49,920 nt of DNA from Patescibacteria group bacterium (GTDB lineage Bacteria; Patescibacteriota; Minisyncoccia; Phycocordibacterales; WO2-35-19), in assembly GCA_038064735.1 (NCBI GenBank), contig JBBTSI010000004.1, positions 1 to 49,920 on the forward strand, written 5' to 3'. Position numbers and translations under genes: made by a program. This document shows positions 18,540 through 28,538 of this stretch, piece by piece. The notes under the pieces are model-generated. The model was not told the origin of the DNA. It worked only from the letters and a program-made list of their open reading frames with translations, and made no database searches. Within the stretch, counting starts at the first letter, position 1; every line of letters begins with the position of its first letter.

Positions 18540-18841
18540 AATTTACTTTTTCAAAATTTAAAAAAGATTTAACACCGTCTCTGAAATCTTTGAGGCCTCC
18601 TATTTTTGATATCGAAACTTTTTGGTTTATGAGTTTGAGTATAGGTTTTATTATTTTCTTAGTAACAGCTTTGGTGGGTTTCAAATTTTTGTATGACCAA
18701 TATTTTGGTAATTACAAAATATCTGTTCCTTCAGAAAATTATGAAAACATCATAAATATAAAAAGTTTGGAGAGTGCCATAAATAAAAGAAATACTTTTG
18801 TAAATCAAGAAACCCTTTTGCCCAGAGACCCTTCTTTATAG
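18536..18841 (+). CDS. hypothetical single-TM protein (pil operon)
   Basis: ATGA overlap with pilO; TM; RDP C-terminus. Confidence 0.65.
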   Translation: MKFTFSKFKKDLTPSLKSLRPPIFDIETFWFMSLSIGFIIFLVTALVGFKFLYDQYFGNYKISVPSENYENIINIKSLESAINKRNTFVNQETLLPRDPSL

Positions 18842-18921
18842 GAAAAATTTGCATTTGCATGAAATCTATTTTTTGGTAGACTATTTTTTGTCGTGTTTAT
18901 TTAATATTAATTTTTGGCTGT

Positions 18922-20973
18922 ATGATAGCAACAATATTTATAATAAGTTTGGTTGGAGTAGCGGTCGCATATTTTTTAGCTAAAAGTATTTTGAAACTCG
19001 GTACCGGTACCGACAAAATGCGGGAAATCGCTAAAGCTATCCAGGAGGGTGCTGAAGCGTTCCTCAAGAGGCAATATACAACAATTACTATCTTGTCAGT
19101 TTCTTTGGCTGTTATTATTTTCTTTATCTATTTCTTTATTGGGAATATTGAACTTGGGTGGAAGACATCGTTTTCATTTATTTTAGGAGCTTTTGCTTCC
19201 GGACTTGCAGGTTATATTGGTATGTATGTCTCTGTCAGAGCCAACATCCGTACAGCAGCAGCCGCTCAAACCAGTTTAAATAAAGCTCTTAGGACGGCTC
19301 TCAGAGGCGGAGCAGTTTCGGGTATTTTGGTGGTTTCTTTATCTCTCTTGGGTGTAGCTGGTCTTTTTGTTTTGTTTGATGGTCTCAGCAATCCTTTGCT
19401 TGTACCCCTTGAAATCGTCGGTTTCGGTTTCGGTGCCAGCTTTGTAGCTCTCTTTGCTCAGCTTGGTGGAGGAATCTATACCAAAGCCGCTGATGTGGGT
19501 GCAGACTTGGTAGGAAAGGTTGAAGCTGGTATTCCCGAAGATGATGCTCGTAATCCAGCTGTGATTGCAGATTTAGTAGGAGACAACGTCGGAGACTGTG
19601 CTGGTCGTGGGGCGGATTTGTTTGAATCTACGGCGGCAGAAAATATCGGGGCTATGATTTTGGGTATTGTTCTTTTCCCAGTCTTTGGTATTTCCGGAAT
19701 TATTTTCCCTCTCGTGGCTCGTGCTTTTGGACTCATTGCATCAATTATTGGTATTTTCTCTGTCAACGCGAAAGAAGATGAGGATCCGATGAAAGCTCTC
19801 AACCGTGGGTATTATCTGACTACCGTTTTGGCTACTCTCGGGCTCTTTTTGGCTACTTACTATCTCTTGCATGCTCACTGGTTATATTTGTTCTTGGCTG
19901 GAGTGGTGGGTATCGCTACAAGCCAGATTTTCGTTCATTTGACTCAATACTATACTGAATACAAGTATCGACCGGTTAGAGATATTGCCGAGGCAAGCCA
20001 GACTGGACCGGCGACAAATATAATTACCGGTTTTGCTGTGGGACTGGAATCTTGTGCTTTGCCAGTAGTGGTTATTTCCGCTGCACTTGGCGGGTCTTAT
20101 TTCTTAGGAAATATGACTGGCATTGTCGGCGGAGGACTCTATGGTACTGCTGTAGCTACTATGGGTATGCTTGCCACCGCCGCTTATATCTTGGCTATGG
20201 ATAACTTTGGACCAATCACTGATAACGCTGGAGGCATTATTGAAATGTCAGACGCTCCGGCAGATGTCCGTAAAAAAACTGACTTGTTGGATTCGGTTGG
20301 TAATACTACTAAAGCTTTAACCAAAGGTTATGCTGTTGGTTCTGCCGCTCTCGCTGCTTTCCTTCTTTTCTCAGCTTATCTTCAAGATGCTCATCTAACA
20401 TCGGTTGATCTTTCAAAACCGATAGTATTTATCGGAGGACTTTTGGGAGCCATGCTTGTTTTCTGGTTCTCAGCTCTTGCTATCAAAGCGGTAGGCAAAG
20501 CGGCTTATTACATCATCAACGATGTTAGAGCACAATTTAAAGAAAATCCGGGTATTATGCTTGGGACTTCAAAACCGGATTATGGCCGTTGCGTTGATAT
20601 CGCTACTCGTGGTGCGCTTAAGCAAATGGTATTTCCTGGCGTGGTGGCTGTTGCTGTCCCGACACTGGTGGGATTTATTCTCGGACCGGAAGCGGTCGGC
20701 GCCACTCTTATGGTTGGTACTATTGCTGGAGTTATTTTGGCTCTCGTCCTTAACACTGGCGGTGGTGCTTGGGATAATGCTAAGAAATATATTGAAACTG
20801 GAGTTTTGGGTGGTAAAGGTTCAGATACTCACAAGGCTGCTGTGGTAGGCGACACCGTTGGCGATCCATTCAAAGATACTGCCGGTCCATCACTCCATGT
20901 CCTTATCAAACTTCTCTCAACTCTCACTCTCGTCCTCGCCCCAATGTTCCTCGCTTGGAATTTGTTGGGTTAA
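18922..20973 (+). CDS. hppA: membrane pyrophosphatase (K+-independent H+-PPase type)
   Basis: GGGIYTKAADVGADLVGKVE, DNAGGI.EMS, GNTTKA, GGAWDNAKK, GDTVGDPFKDT. Confidence 0.95.
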   Translation: MIATIFIISLVGVAVAYFLAKSILKLGTGTDKMREIAKAIQEGAEAFLKRQYTTITILSVSLAVIIFFIYFFIGNIELGWKTSFSFILGAFASGLAGYIGMYVSVRANIRTAAAAQTSLNKALRTALRGGAVSGILVVSLSLLGVAGLFVLFDGLSNPLLVPLEIVGFGFGASFVALFAQLGGGIYTKAADVGADLVGKVEAGIPEDDARNPAVIADLVGDNVGDCAGRGADLFESTAAENIGAMILGIVLFPVFGISGIIFPLVARAFGLIASIIGIFSVNAKEDEDPMKALNRGYYLTTVLATLGLFLATYYLLHAHWLYLFLAGVVGIATSQIFVHLTQYYTEYKYRPVRDIAEASQTGPATNIITGFAVGLESCALPVVVISAALGGSYFLGNMTGIVGGGLYGTAVATMGMLATAAYILAMDNFGPITDNAGGIIEMSDAPADVRKKTDLLDSVGNTTKALTKGYAVGSAALAAFLLFSAYLQDAHLTSVDLSKPIVFIGGLLGAMLVFWFSALAIKAVGKAAYYIINDVRAQFKENPGIMLGTSKPDYGRCVDIATRGALKQMVFPGVVAVAVPTLVGFILGPEAVGATLMVGTIAGVILALVLNTGGGAWDNAKKYIETGVLGGKGSDTHKAAVVGDTVGDPFKDTAGPSLHVLIKLLSTLTLVLAPMFLAWNLLG

Positions 20974-21033
20974 AATATTTTATTAAATTATCAAAACAAA
21001 AACACCTCAGATGGTCTGGGGTATTTTTTGTTT

Positions 21034-21666
21034 TTATTTTTTAGCCAATTCAACGAATTCTTGAAAAACTGCTTCTGGATCTATAGACATTATTGGATCA
21101 TTAGATAATGAATCTAGAGTTTCTTTTACATAATTCATAAAATTATTTGCAATTGTTTCGTCTGGTTCACTGACCATGTCTGATTTTTCGTCGATTTTTG
21201 CAAGTAAGTATTCATATTTTTCTCTATACTTTTCTGGATACATTTCACTAAGTCTTTGATATATAAGTATTGGTTTTTGTTTTTGGACGGGGTCATTTCC
21301 AATCTCATAATAATAAGCAACTAACTCTGCAACTTTTTGTGTGTATGATCTATGTTTTAATTCTTCATTTCGAAGTGTATGAACCATGACTGGTTTTACT
21401 AGGTAGTGCCCTAGTATTTCTGCAATTTCTCCAATAGAGTTTGCTGTTTTTAAGCTTTGTAGACCCGTACTAACGGAAGCTTCAACAGCTTTTATTAAAA
21501 GTTCTTGATTATTATTTTTTTCTAAATTATAACTAATTTGGTATAAAATATGGGCATAACTTTTTATTTTATCTTGCCCAGAATAATCTTTTATATAGTC
21601 AGTCCATTCCAAGATATCTTGTTTTGACTCATTATCTAAAGAAGGGGACTGTTTGAATTCTTCCAT
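21034..21666 (-). CDS. hypothetical protein
   Basis: 210-aa ORF with a -10 box 7 nt upstream; no recognised motif. Confidence 0.7.
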   Translation of the reverse strand: MEEFKQSPSLDNESKQDILEWTDYIKDYSGQDKIKSYAHILYQISYNLEKNNNQELLIKAVEASVSTGLQSLKTANSIGEIAEILGHYLVKPVMVHTLRNEELKHRSYTQKVAELVAYYYEIGNDPVQKQKPILIYQRLSEMYPEKYREKYEYLLAKIDEKSDMVSEPDETIANNFMNYVKETLDSLSNDPIMSIDPEAVFQEFVELAKK

Positions 21667-21695
21667 ATAGAGTATTTTAACATAAAAAATAATTT

Positions 21696-21787
21696 GTGGT
21701 CACAAATAAATTTACTTACGTAAATTTTTCGCGACCCCGGCTCGCGGTTTTTGCCTTTGCTGCGCAAAACAAAAACATCGCTGCGCC
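21696..21787 (-). repeat. 92-nt tRNA-associated structured element, copy 2
   Basis: 89/92 identical to 8219-8310. Confidence 0.85.
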
Positions 21788-21836
21788 CGGCACAAAAGCA
21801 CAAAATCCTGCGCAGGCAGGATTGTTGTGTCTTTTG

Positions 21837-21874
21837 TGCCCCCGGCAGGAATCGAACCTACATCAAAGCCTTAA
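21837..21874 (-). pseudogene. orphan 3' half of a tRNA (Arg-like)
   Basis: TAAGGCTTT-GAT-GTAGGTTCGATTCCTGC-CGGGGGCA; no matching 5' half nearby. Confidence 0.7.
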
Positions 21875-21889
21875 TATATATTTTTAATG

Positions 21890-21962
21890 TGCGCGGTGGA
21901 GGGCTCGAACCCCCGGCATCGTCAGTGTAAATGACGCGCTCTACCAACTGAGCTAACCGCGC
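21890..21962 (-). tRNA. tRNA-Val(TAC)
   Basis: GCGCGGT/ACCGCGC acceptor; CGTCA-TTTACAC-TGACG. Confidence 0.92.
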
Positions 21963-22004
21963 ATAACTAATTTATAACATAAATATGTTAGGTATAAAAC
22001 CTTG

Positions 22005-22076
22005 TCCTCCCGGTAGGAATCGGACCTACATTAAAAGGTTAGAAACCTTTCGTTCTATCCATTGAACTACAGGAGG
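22005..22076 (-). tRNA. tRNA-Arg(TCT)
   Basis: CCTCCTG/CGGGAGG acceptor; AAAGG-TTTCTAA-CCTTT; variant T-loop GTCCGAT. Confidence 0.8.
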
Positions 22077-22728
22077 TATCAAATATTTCTTGAACCCCAA
22101 TTTTCCATCCTGATATTTTTCTAAATAAATCTTTGTCGTTAACAACTACGGAACAGGTACCATTATACAAGATATTTTTCCTTTGTCCAAGAGATGTTTT
22201 TTTGATGTATGGTTTATAAAATTGATTTTTTGGTATGCCAGTTATTTTTGACCAATACTCAATAATATCTTTTCTGCAATGTAAACTGTGCATATGTATA
22301 TGAATTCGGAATTTTTTCTCTGGAACTTTGCAAATTTCACGAAACCACTTCATTATCAAAGCAATCATTTTTTCGTCTGAATTTGCTAGTTTGGCGCATT
22401 CGGTTGAATTTTTTGCTCCTTCTGCCCAATATAGAGCCATACCTACTAAAAACAGGGGATTATTTTTTAAAAGCTGGACTTCTTTTATTCCTAATTCCAT
22501 AATTTCGTTAGTTTTTTTAATTCTGGCCGCCACTTTTCTTTTTGCTACATCGTATATAGCCTGCTCTCCTTTTTTGAAAAGTCGTTTTTTTTGGTATTCT
22601 GTTAATTCTATTTCTCGGAGCCAAATGCTTAAACTAGATTTGGAAACTTTCATTTGTTTCAAAATTTCTCTATAACTGAAGCCTTGTCTTCTTAGTTTTT
22701 GAGCTTTTATTTTTTCTTTAAATTTCAT
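22039..22728 (-). CDS. HTH + LAGLIDADG-like (homing-endonuclease-like) protein
   Basis: N-terminal HTH (LRRQGFSYREI...VSKSSLS.WL); GMALYWAEG; ANSD..MI; YWSKITGIP..QF. Confidence 0.65.
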   Translation of the reverse strand: MKFKEKIKAQKLRRQGFSYREILKQMKVSKSSLSIWLREIELTEYQKKRLFKKGEQAIYDVAKRKVAARIKKTNEIMELGIKEVQLLKNNPLFLVGMALYWAEGAKNSTECAKLANSDEKMIALIMKWFREICKVPEKKFRIHIHMHSLHCRKDIIEYWSKITGIPKNQFYKPYIKKTSLGQRKNILYNGTCSVVVNDKDLFRKISGWKIGVQEIFDTSCSSMDRTKGF

Positions 22729-22793
22729 ATAACTATTATATCATAATATATAACTATCCTAGTTCGTTTCTGTGGATATGTTATACTTGTTAA

Positions 22794-23525
22794 ATGCAAA
22801 TTAAAATTTTATACGAAGATGATTATATTTTGGTCCTGGATAAGCCGTCGGGGCTTATGGTGCATGCTGATGGCCGAAGCAAAGAACCCACACTTTCGGA
22901 TTGGATAAATGAAAATTATCCAAAGCTTGCAGAAGTAGGGGAGGAACAAACTTTGCAAAACGGAGAAAAAATAAAAAGACCTGGGATTGTGCATCGCTTA
23001 GATAGAGATACGAGCGGGGTGATTCTTGTGGCAAAAACCAAGGAATCTTTTGAATTTCTAAAAGAGCAATTTCAAAATAGGAAAGTGCAGAAAATTTATA
23101 ATGCAGTGGTTTGGGACAATTTTTCTGAAGACAAAATGGAAGGGGTAATTGATAAACCAATCGGTAGAAGCGCCAGTGATTTCCGCAGATGGTCGGCTGA
23201 GTATGGCGCTAAAGGTGAAATGAGGGAAGCGGTGACGGAATATAAAGTATTAGGACAAAATAAAGATTTTGCATATTTGGAGGCACGGCCAAAAACTGGC
23301 CGCACTCATCAAATTAGGGTGCATCTCAAAGCAATCAGTCATCCGGTAGTTTGCGATAAACTTTATTCGTCCAAAGAGTGTACACCAAATAAATGTCTGG
23401 GTTTTGAAAGGTTGGCTTTGCATGCTTTTTCAATTCAATTCAGACTGCCAGATAACACTGATATCACAGTAGAATCTCCATTACCAAAAGAATTTGAGGA
23501 AGCCAAGGTTGTGTTGGAGAGCTAA
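22794..23525 (+). CDS. RluA family pseudouridine synthase
   Basis: KPSGL.VH, GIVHRLDRDTSG, TGRTHQIRVH, LALHA. Confidence 0.95.
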   Translation: MQIKILYEDDYILVLDKPSGLMVHADGRSKEPTLSDWINENYPKLAEVGEEQTLQNGEKIKRPGIVHRLDRDTSGVILVAKTKESFEFLKEQFQNRKVQKIYNAVVWDNFSEDKMEGVIDKPIGRSASDFRRWSAEYGAKGEMREAVTEYKVLGQNKDFAYLEARPKTGRTHQIRVHLKAISHPVVCDKLYSSKECTPNKCLGFERLALHAFSIQFRLPDNTDITVESPLPKEFEEAKVVLES

Positions 23526-23603
23526 TTATTGTATAAAGACAGCGGGTTAGTTAGATGTTTTTACAAACATTTTTGAAAATTTGAAAAAGAAAAGGAGACT
23601 GTC

Positions 23604-24269
23604 ATGACGACTAAATTGGTTGTCGCAGACGGAACAGAAAAAAGAGTACCAAATTCTCACGAATGGGAAACTCTGTATAAAAACAAATTTCCAGAATTGA
23701 TTCGCAGATTGAAGGAGGGGAATCTTGACCCTATAGCGATCAACGATACTTTTCAGGCGATGATTGAAGGGAAGGTTATTTTAGATAAAAAACCTGTTTT
23801 TACTCATTGTCTCACTCTGGGTTATAATATTCTTATTGAACAAACTTATCAGAGAAGAATAATCAGTAGAACAGAAAGTGTTTTTGCTGGAGGAATGAGT
23901 TCTAATTTTGATGAATGGGACCTCAATATCAGTCCTCGTAGACCAAATACCTTTGTTGATATTTATGAGTTAATTAGAGATGGAGATTTTAAAACCATCT
24001 ACAACAGTTTTGGTCGAAGTCTGGATAATCTCTGTCTTACACAAGATCAAATTATTGATTTTGTTGAACACCACAGAGAACGACTTTGCAAATATCGTCA
24101 CTACACTTTTTTCTTGATAAAAATAGACGATAATTTTTTTGTCGTGGGTGTAAAATTTTCCAGTGAGTTTGATTTGTATGCGGATGTTTTTCGTTTTACG
24201 GATGATAATTTTTGGTTTGCAGAACACAGACATCGTTTTGTTATTCCAAGGTCATTTCGTACATTTTAG
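23604..24269 (+). CDS. hypothetical protein
   Basis: AAGGAG SD; 221-aa ORF; followed by a terminator. Confidence 0.7.
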   Translation: MTTKLVVADGTEKRVPNSHEWETLYKNKFPELIRRLKEGNLDPIAINDTFQAMIEGKVILDKKPVFTHCLTLGYNILIEQTYQRRIISRTESVFAGGMSSNFDEWDLNISPRRPNTFVDIYELIRDGDFKTIYNSFGRSLDNLCLTQDQIIDFVEHHRERLCKYRHYTFFLIKIDDNFFVVGVKFSSEFDLYADVFRFTDDNFWFAEHRHRFVIPRSFRTF

Positions 24270-24282
24270 TTTTTAGTCTCCG

Positions 24283-24333
24283 AGCCCCCAGACTTTTTAT
24301 GAATTTATAAAAAGTCTGGGGGCTTTTTCTTTT
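24283..24333 (+). terminator. intrinsic terminator
   Basis: GCCCCCAGACTTTTTAT...ATAAAAAGTCTGGGGGC + T tract. Confidence 0.7.
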
Positions 24334-24367
24334 TGAAAAATGGCCAAAAAGCTGGTATTATGAGCCT

Positions 24368-27300
24368 ATGGCAGAAGAAAAAAATACTAAAAGTAAAATT
24401 GACCCCACTTCGCCAGAGGCTACGCGGGGAAAGTCCTTAACGGCTTTAAAAGAAGAGGAGATACTCAAATTTTGGCAAGATAATAAAATTTTTGAAAAAA
24501 GTTTGGAAAAAGAATCGCCAAATGGTGACTTTGTGTTTTATGATGGACCTCCTTTTGCTACCGGCACCCCACATTATGGCCATATTTTGCCAGGCACCAT
24601 AAAGGATGTTATTCCTCGATTTGAAACGATGCGGGGCAAAAAAGTGGCTCGCAAGTGGGGTTGGGATTGTCATGGATTGCCGGTAGAAAATTTGATTGAA
24701 AAGGAACTTGGACTTTCTTCAAAAAAAGATATTGAAATTTATGGAATAGAAAAATTTAATAATGCTGCAAGAAATTCCGTGATGCGCTATGCAGATGAGT
24801 GGAAAAAAATTATTCCGCGTGTCGGCAGGTGGGTGGATATGGAAGATGATTATAAAACGATGGACACTACTTACACCGAGTCAGTTTGGTGGGCTTTCAA
24901 AAATCTTTATGATAAAGATTTGATTTATAAAAGTTTCAAAGCAATGCAGCTCTGTCCGCGTTGCGAAACCACACTCTCAAATTTTGAAGTCAACCAGGGT
25001 TATAAAGATATAGCTGATTTGTCAGTTTATGTGAAATTTAAATTGGTAGATGAAGATAACACCTATCTTTTGGCGTGGACGACGACCCCTTGGACACTAC
25101 CTGGTAATGTAGCGCTTGCAATAAATAAAAATGTTGAATATGTAAAAGTGAAAAAAGACGGAGTATTTTTGATTATGTTCAAGGATTTAATAGAAAAAGT
25201 TTTGAAAGAAAATTTTGAAATTGTAGAAGAGTTTTTTGGCAAAAAACTTTTGGGTAAATCCTATGAACCACTTTTTCCTTATTATAACAATGATGAGCTG
25301 GAGAATAGAAAAAACGGATTTAAGGTTTATCATGGAGATTTTGTAACCACTGAAGACGGCACCGGTATCGTGCATATTGCGCCGGCTTTTGGTGAAGATG
25401 ACTTGAATTTGGGTCAAAAAGAAAATTTGCCTTTTATTCAGCATGTAAATGTTGACGGTACTTTCAAAAAAGAAGTCACTGATTTTGCAGGGACAAAAGT
25501 TAAACCCAAAGATGACCATCAAAAAGCCGATGTAGAAATCATAAAGTATTTGGCCAAAGCCAGCACTCTTTTTGAAAAAGAAAAAATAACTCACTCGTAT
25601 CCACACTGTTGGCGATGCGAAACTCCGCTTATAAATTATGCGACAACTTCGTGGTTCGTTAAGGTAACTGACTTGAAAGAAAAATTGGTCAAAATTAACG
25701 AGAAAATTTCTTGGACACCAAAAGAAATAGGGGAAGGGCGTTTTGGCAAATGGCTTGAAGGCGCAAGGGATTGGGCTATTTCGCGGTCACGTTATTGGGG
25801 CGCGCCACTCCCAGTTTGGGAAAATGAAAAGAAAGAACGTGTAGTTATAGGTAGTATTGAAAACCTCAGGAAACATACCAAAAAATCCGGCAACAAATAT
25901 TTCACGATAAGACATGGAGAAGCGGAACAAAATATTTTGGATACGATAAATTCTGACCCTAAAAATGTTTTTCATTTAACGACGGAAGGACAAAGGCAAG
26001 TAACAATAGTAGCAGAAGATCTGAAAAGTAAAAAAATAGATTTAATTATTTCTTCTCATTTTGTTAGAGCAAAAGAAACTGCAGAAATAATAAGGAAAGC
26101 TATCGGTTTATCCGCTGAATTTTTGATAACAGACGAAAGACTCGGTGAATTCAAAAAAGGTTCTGATTTTGAAGGTAGAGAATGGAATGAATACTGGAAG
26201 TTATTTACAAGTACAAAAGATAGATTTGAAAAAGCACCTGATGGTGGAGAAACTTTGCTTGATTTGAATCAAAGAATGGGTGAATTTTTATATTCTCTTG
26301 AAAAAGAATATTCAGATAAAAATATTTTGTTTGTGAGTCATGATGGCCCAATTGAGGCTTTGTTTATGGTAGCTGAAGGTGCTGATTTGAAAAAATCAAT
26401 TCAAATGAAAGACGATAGAATTCATCGGTCTGATTTTTCTGAATTGGAAGAATTAAATTTTGTGCCATTGCCTCACAACAATAATTATGAAATTGATTTA
26501 CACAGACCATATATTGATGATATTGAACTTTTAGATGAAGACGGAAACAAACTGAAAAGAATACAGGAAGTTTTTGATTGTTGGTTTGAATCGGGTTCAA
26601 TGCCTTACGCGCAATTCCATTATCCTTTTGAAAATAAAAAAGAATTTGAAGAAAAGCATAGTTCGCTTTTTCCTGCTGATTTCATAGCCGAAGGCCTGGA
26701 TCAAACTCGTGGTTGGTTTTACAATTTATTGGTTTTAGGAGTCGGACTTTTTGGAAAGAGTCCTTTTGAAAGTGTGATGGTGAACGGTATGATTTTGGCC
26801 GAAGATGGGCGCAAAATGGCAAAACGTTTGAAAAATTATCCGGAAATTTCTTACATCATAGACAAATACGGAGCTGACAGTTTGCGTTATTACCTCATGT
26901 CTTCCCCCGCAGTGAAAGCGGAAGATTTGAACTTTTCTGAAAAAGGAGTAGATGAAGTTTCCAAAAAAGTTATTCTTAAACTTGAAAATGTAATTTCTTT
27001 TTATGAAATGTACGTAGGTAATAGCGGAGTTAATAAAATAGATGGAGAAAATTCTAAACATATTTTGGATAAGTGGATTCTGACAAGACTCGGTGAAATT
27101 CAAAAAACTATAACCGAATCTCTTGAATTGCGCCGTATCGATAGCGCCACTCGGCCGATTTTAGGTTTTATTGATGATTTTTCCACTTGGTATATCCGCC
27201 GTTCTAGGGATAGGTTTAAATCTGAAGATGTGAAAGATAGAAATAATGCTCTGGCTACTACAAATTTTGTTCTTATGGAATTGGCAAAATTAATAGCGCC

Positions 27301-27892
27301 ATTTATGCCGTTTTTCGCGGAATCAATATATTTGAAATTGAAATTAGGAGATGGTCCTGAAAGTGTGCATCTTTGTGATTGGCCTACAGAGAAAGAAGTT
27401 GATGGCGATGTATTGAAAAACATGGAAGAAGTGCGGAAAATCGTATCCCTAGCATTGGAAAAAAGAATGACCGCTAATATAAAAGTCAGACAACCGCTGA
27501 GTGAATTAAGAATTAAGAATGATGAATTAAAAGGTAAAGAAGAATATTTGGAACTTATTAAAGATGAAGTGAATATAAAAAATATTTCTTTTAATGAAAA
27601 ATTGGAAACAGAAGTAGAGTTGGATGCCAATATTACTCCTGAACTGCAAAAAGAGGGGAATGCGAGAGAATTTGTGCGAGCGGTGCAAGAACTTCGCAAG
27701 AACAAAAATCTGAAACCGCAAGACAGTGTAGAACTTTTGGTAGAAACAGACGATGAGGGTAAAGATTTTTTGCAAAGTGTTGAAAATGAAATCAAAAAAC
27801 CAACTAATATTTCTGAAATCAGGTTTGAAAAAAATGATGGTTCTGGATTGGAAATTGGAAATTGGAAATTGAAAATTGATTTGAAATTTTAA
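24368..27892 (+). CDS. ileS: isoleucine--tRNA ligase (type 2) with inserted histidine-phosphatase domain
   Basis: DGPPFATG.PHYGH, GWDCHGLP, WTTTPWTLP, ISRSRYWG, KMAKR; RHGE...VSHDG insert. Confidence 0.95.
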   Translation: MAEEKNTKSKIDPTSPEATRGKSLTALKEEEILKFWQDNKIFEKSLEKESPNGDFVFYDGPPFATGTPHYGHILPGTIKDVIPRFETMRGKKVARKWGWDCHGLPVENLIEKELGLSSKKDIEIYGIEKFNNAARNSVMRYADEWKKIIPRVGRWVDMEDDYKTMDTTYTESVWWAFKNLYDKDLIYKSFKAMQLCPRCETTLSNFEVNQGYKDIADLSVYVKFKLVDEDNTYLLAWTTTPWTLPGNVALAINKNVEYVKVKKDGVFLIMFKDLIEKVLKENFEIVEEFFGKKLLGKSYEPLFPYYNNDELENRKNGFKVYHGDFVTTEDGTGIVHIAPAFGEDDLNLGQKENLPFIQHVNVDGTFKKEVTDFAGTKVKPKDDHQKADVEIIKYLAKASTLFEKEKITHSYPHCWRCETPLINYATTSWFVKVTDLKEKLVKINEKISWTPKEIGEGRFGKWLEGARDWAISRSRYWGAPLPVWENEKKERVVIGSIENLRKHTKKSGNKYFTIRHGEAEQNILDTINSDPKNVFHLTTEGQRQVTIVAEDLKSKKIDLIISSHFVRAKETAEIIRKAIGLSAEFLITDERLGEFKKGSDFEGREWNEYWKLFTSTKDRFEKAPDGGETLLDLNQRMGEFLYSLEKEYSDKNILFVSHDGPIEALFMVAEGADLKKSIQMKDDRIHRSDFSELEELNFVPLPHNNNYEIDLHRPYIDDIELLDEDGNKLKRIQEVFDCWFESGSMPYAQFHYPFENKKEFEEKHSSLFPADFIAEGLDQTRGWFYNLLVLGVGLFGKSPFESVMVNGMILAEDGRKMAKRLKNYPEISYIIDKYGADSLRYYLMSSPAVKAEDLNFSEKGVDEVSKKVILKLENVISFYEMYVGNSGVNKIDGENSKHILDKWILTRLGEIQKTITESLELRRIDSATRPILGFIDDFSTWYIRRSRDRFKSEDVKDRNNALATTNFVLMELAKLIAPFMPFFAESIYLKLKLGDGPESVHLCDWPTEKEVDGDVLKNMEEVRKIVSLALEKRMTANIKVRQPLSELRIKNDELKGKEEYLELIKDEVNIKNISFNEKLETEVELDANITPELQKEGNAREFVRAVQELRKNKNLKPQDSVELLVETDDEGKDFLQSVENEIKKPTNISEIRFEKNDGSGLEIGNWKLKIDLKF
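24403..24433 (-). repeat. family B palindrome in the ileS 5' end (PTSPEATRGK)
   Basis: reverse complement CCCCGCGTAGCCTCTGGCGAAGTGGGG. Confidence 0.7.
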
Positions 27893-27907
27893 ATTAAAAA
27901 TTTAAAA
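27847..27907 (+). repeat. heptamer tandem repeat (ATTGGAA)n spanning the ileS stop
   Basis: ATTGGAA ATTGGAA ATTGGAA ATTGAAA ... decaying. Confidence 0.7.
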
Positions 27908-27909
27908 AC

Positions 27910-28488
27910 GTGTACCGAAAACATCATACAAGAGGTATTATTATCTGGAGCAAAATTGAAAGCAGTGATAGCCGGCGGGCCAATATTTTCACTGAAAATT
28001 TTGGTTTAATAAATGCTCGGGTGCAGGGGGCTAGAAATCTTCACTCCAAATTGCGCGCTGGTTCGCAAGACTTTTCGTTTGGAGATTTTTCGCTGGTACA
28101 TGGAAAGAGCGGTTGGCGAGTAGTTAGTGTTAGGAGTGAAAAAAATCTTTTTGAAATTTTCCGAAAATCTCCAGAAAAATTAAATATTGTCGGTAATATT
28201 TTAAGTTTGATTAAAAAACTGGTTGCTGAAGAAGAGGCTCATACCAATCTTTTCGATATAATAGCCAAACTTTTTAAATTTTTGGAGAAAGCTAAAGAGA
28301 GTGATATTGCTCTAGCTGAATGTTTGACACTTGTCCGTATTTTGCATTGTCTAGGGTATATGAGACACGACTCGGAATTAATCATTCCTCTTTCGTCTTC
28401 TGAAATAGAAATCGCTGATCTGGAAACCATTGCACCACGTCGGGCTAAAATAGTTAACCTTATCAACGAATCTCTCAAAGCGACATAA
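27910..28488 (+). CDS. recO: DNA repair protein RecO (short form)
   Basis: T.GII, FTE.FGLI.A...GAR...SKLR, L..LGY. Confidence 0.8.
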   Translation: MYRKHHTRGIIIWSKIESSDSRRANIFTENFGLINARVQGARNLHSKLRAGSQDFSFGDFSLVHGKSGWRVVSVRSEKNLFEIFRKSPEKLNIVGNILSLIKKLVAEEEAHTNLFDIIAKLFKFLEKAKESDIALAECLTLVRILHCLGYMRHDSELIIPLSSSEIEIADLETIAPRRAKIVNLINESLKAT

Positions 28489-28538
28489 GTTAGAAATATT
28501 TATTATTGAATCAAATTTACTCGTGGTATAATGTACAA

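Noticed and set aside
28488-28500. GTTAGAAAT after recO as a fifth TIR element
   Set aside because: Partial arm only; no partner arm and no ATG duplication.
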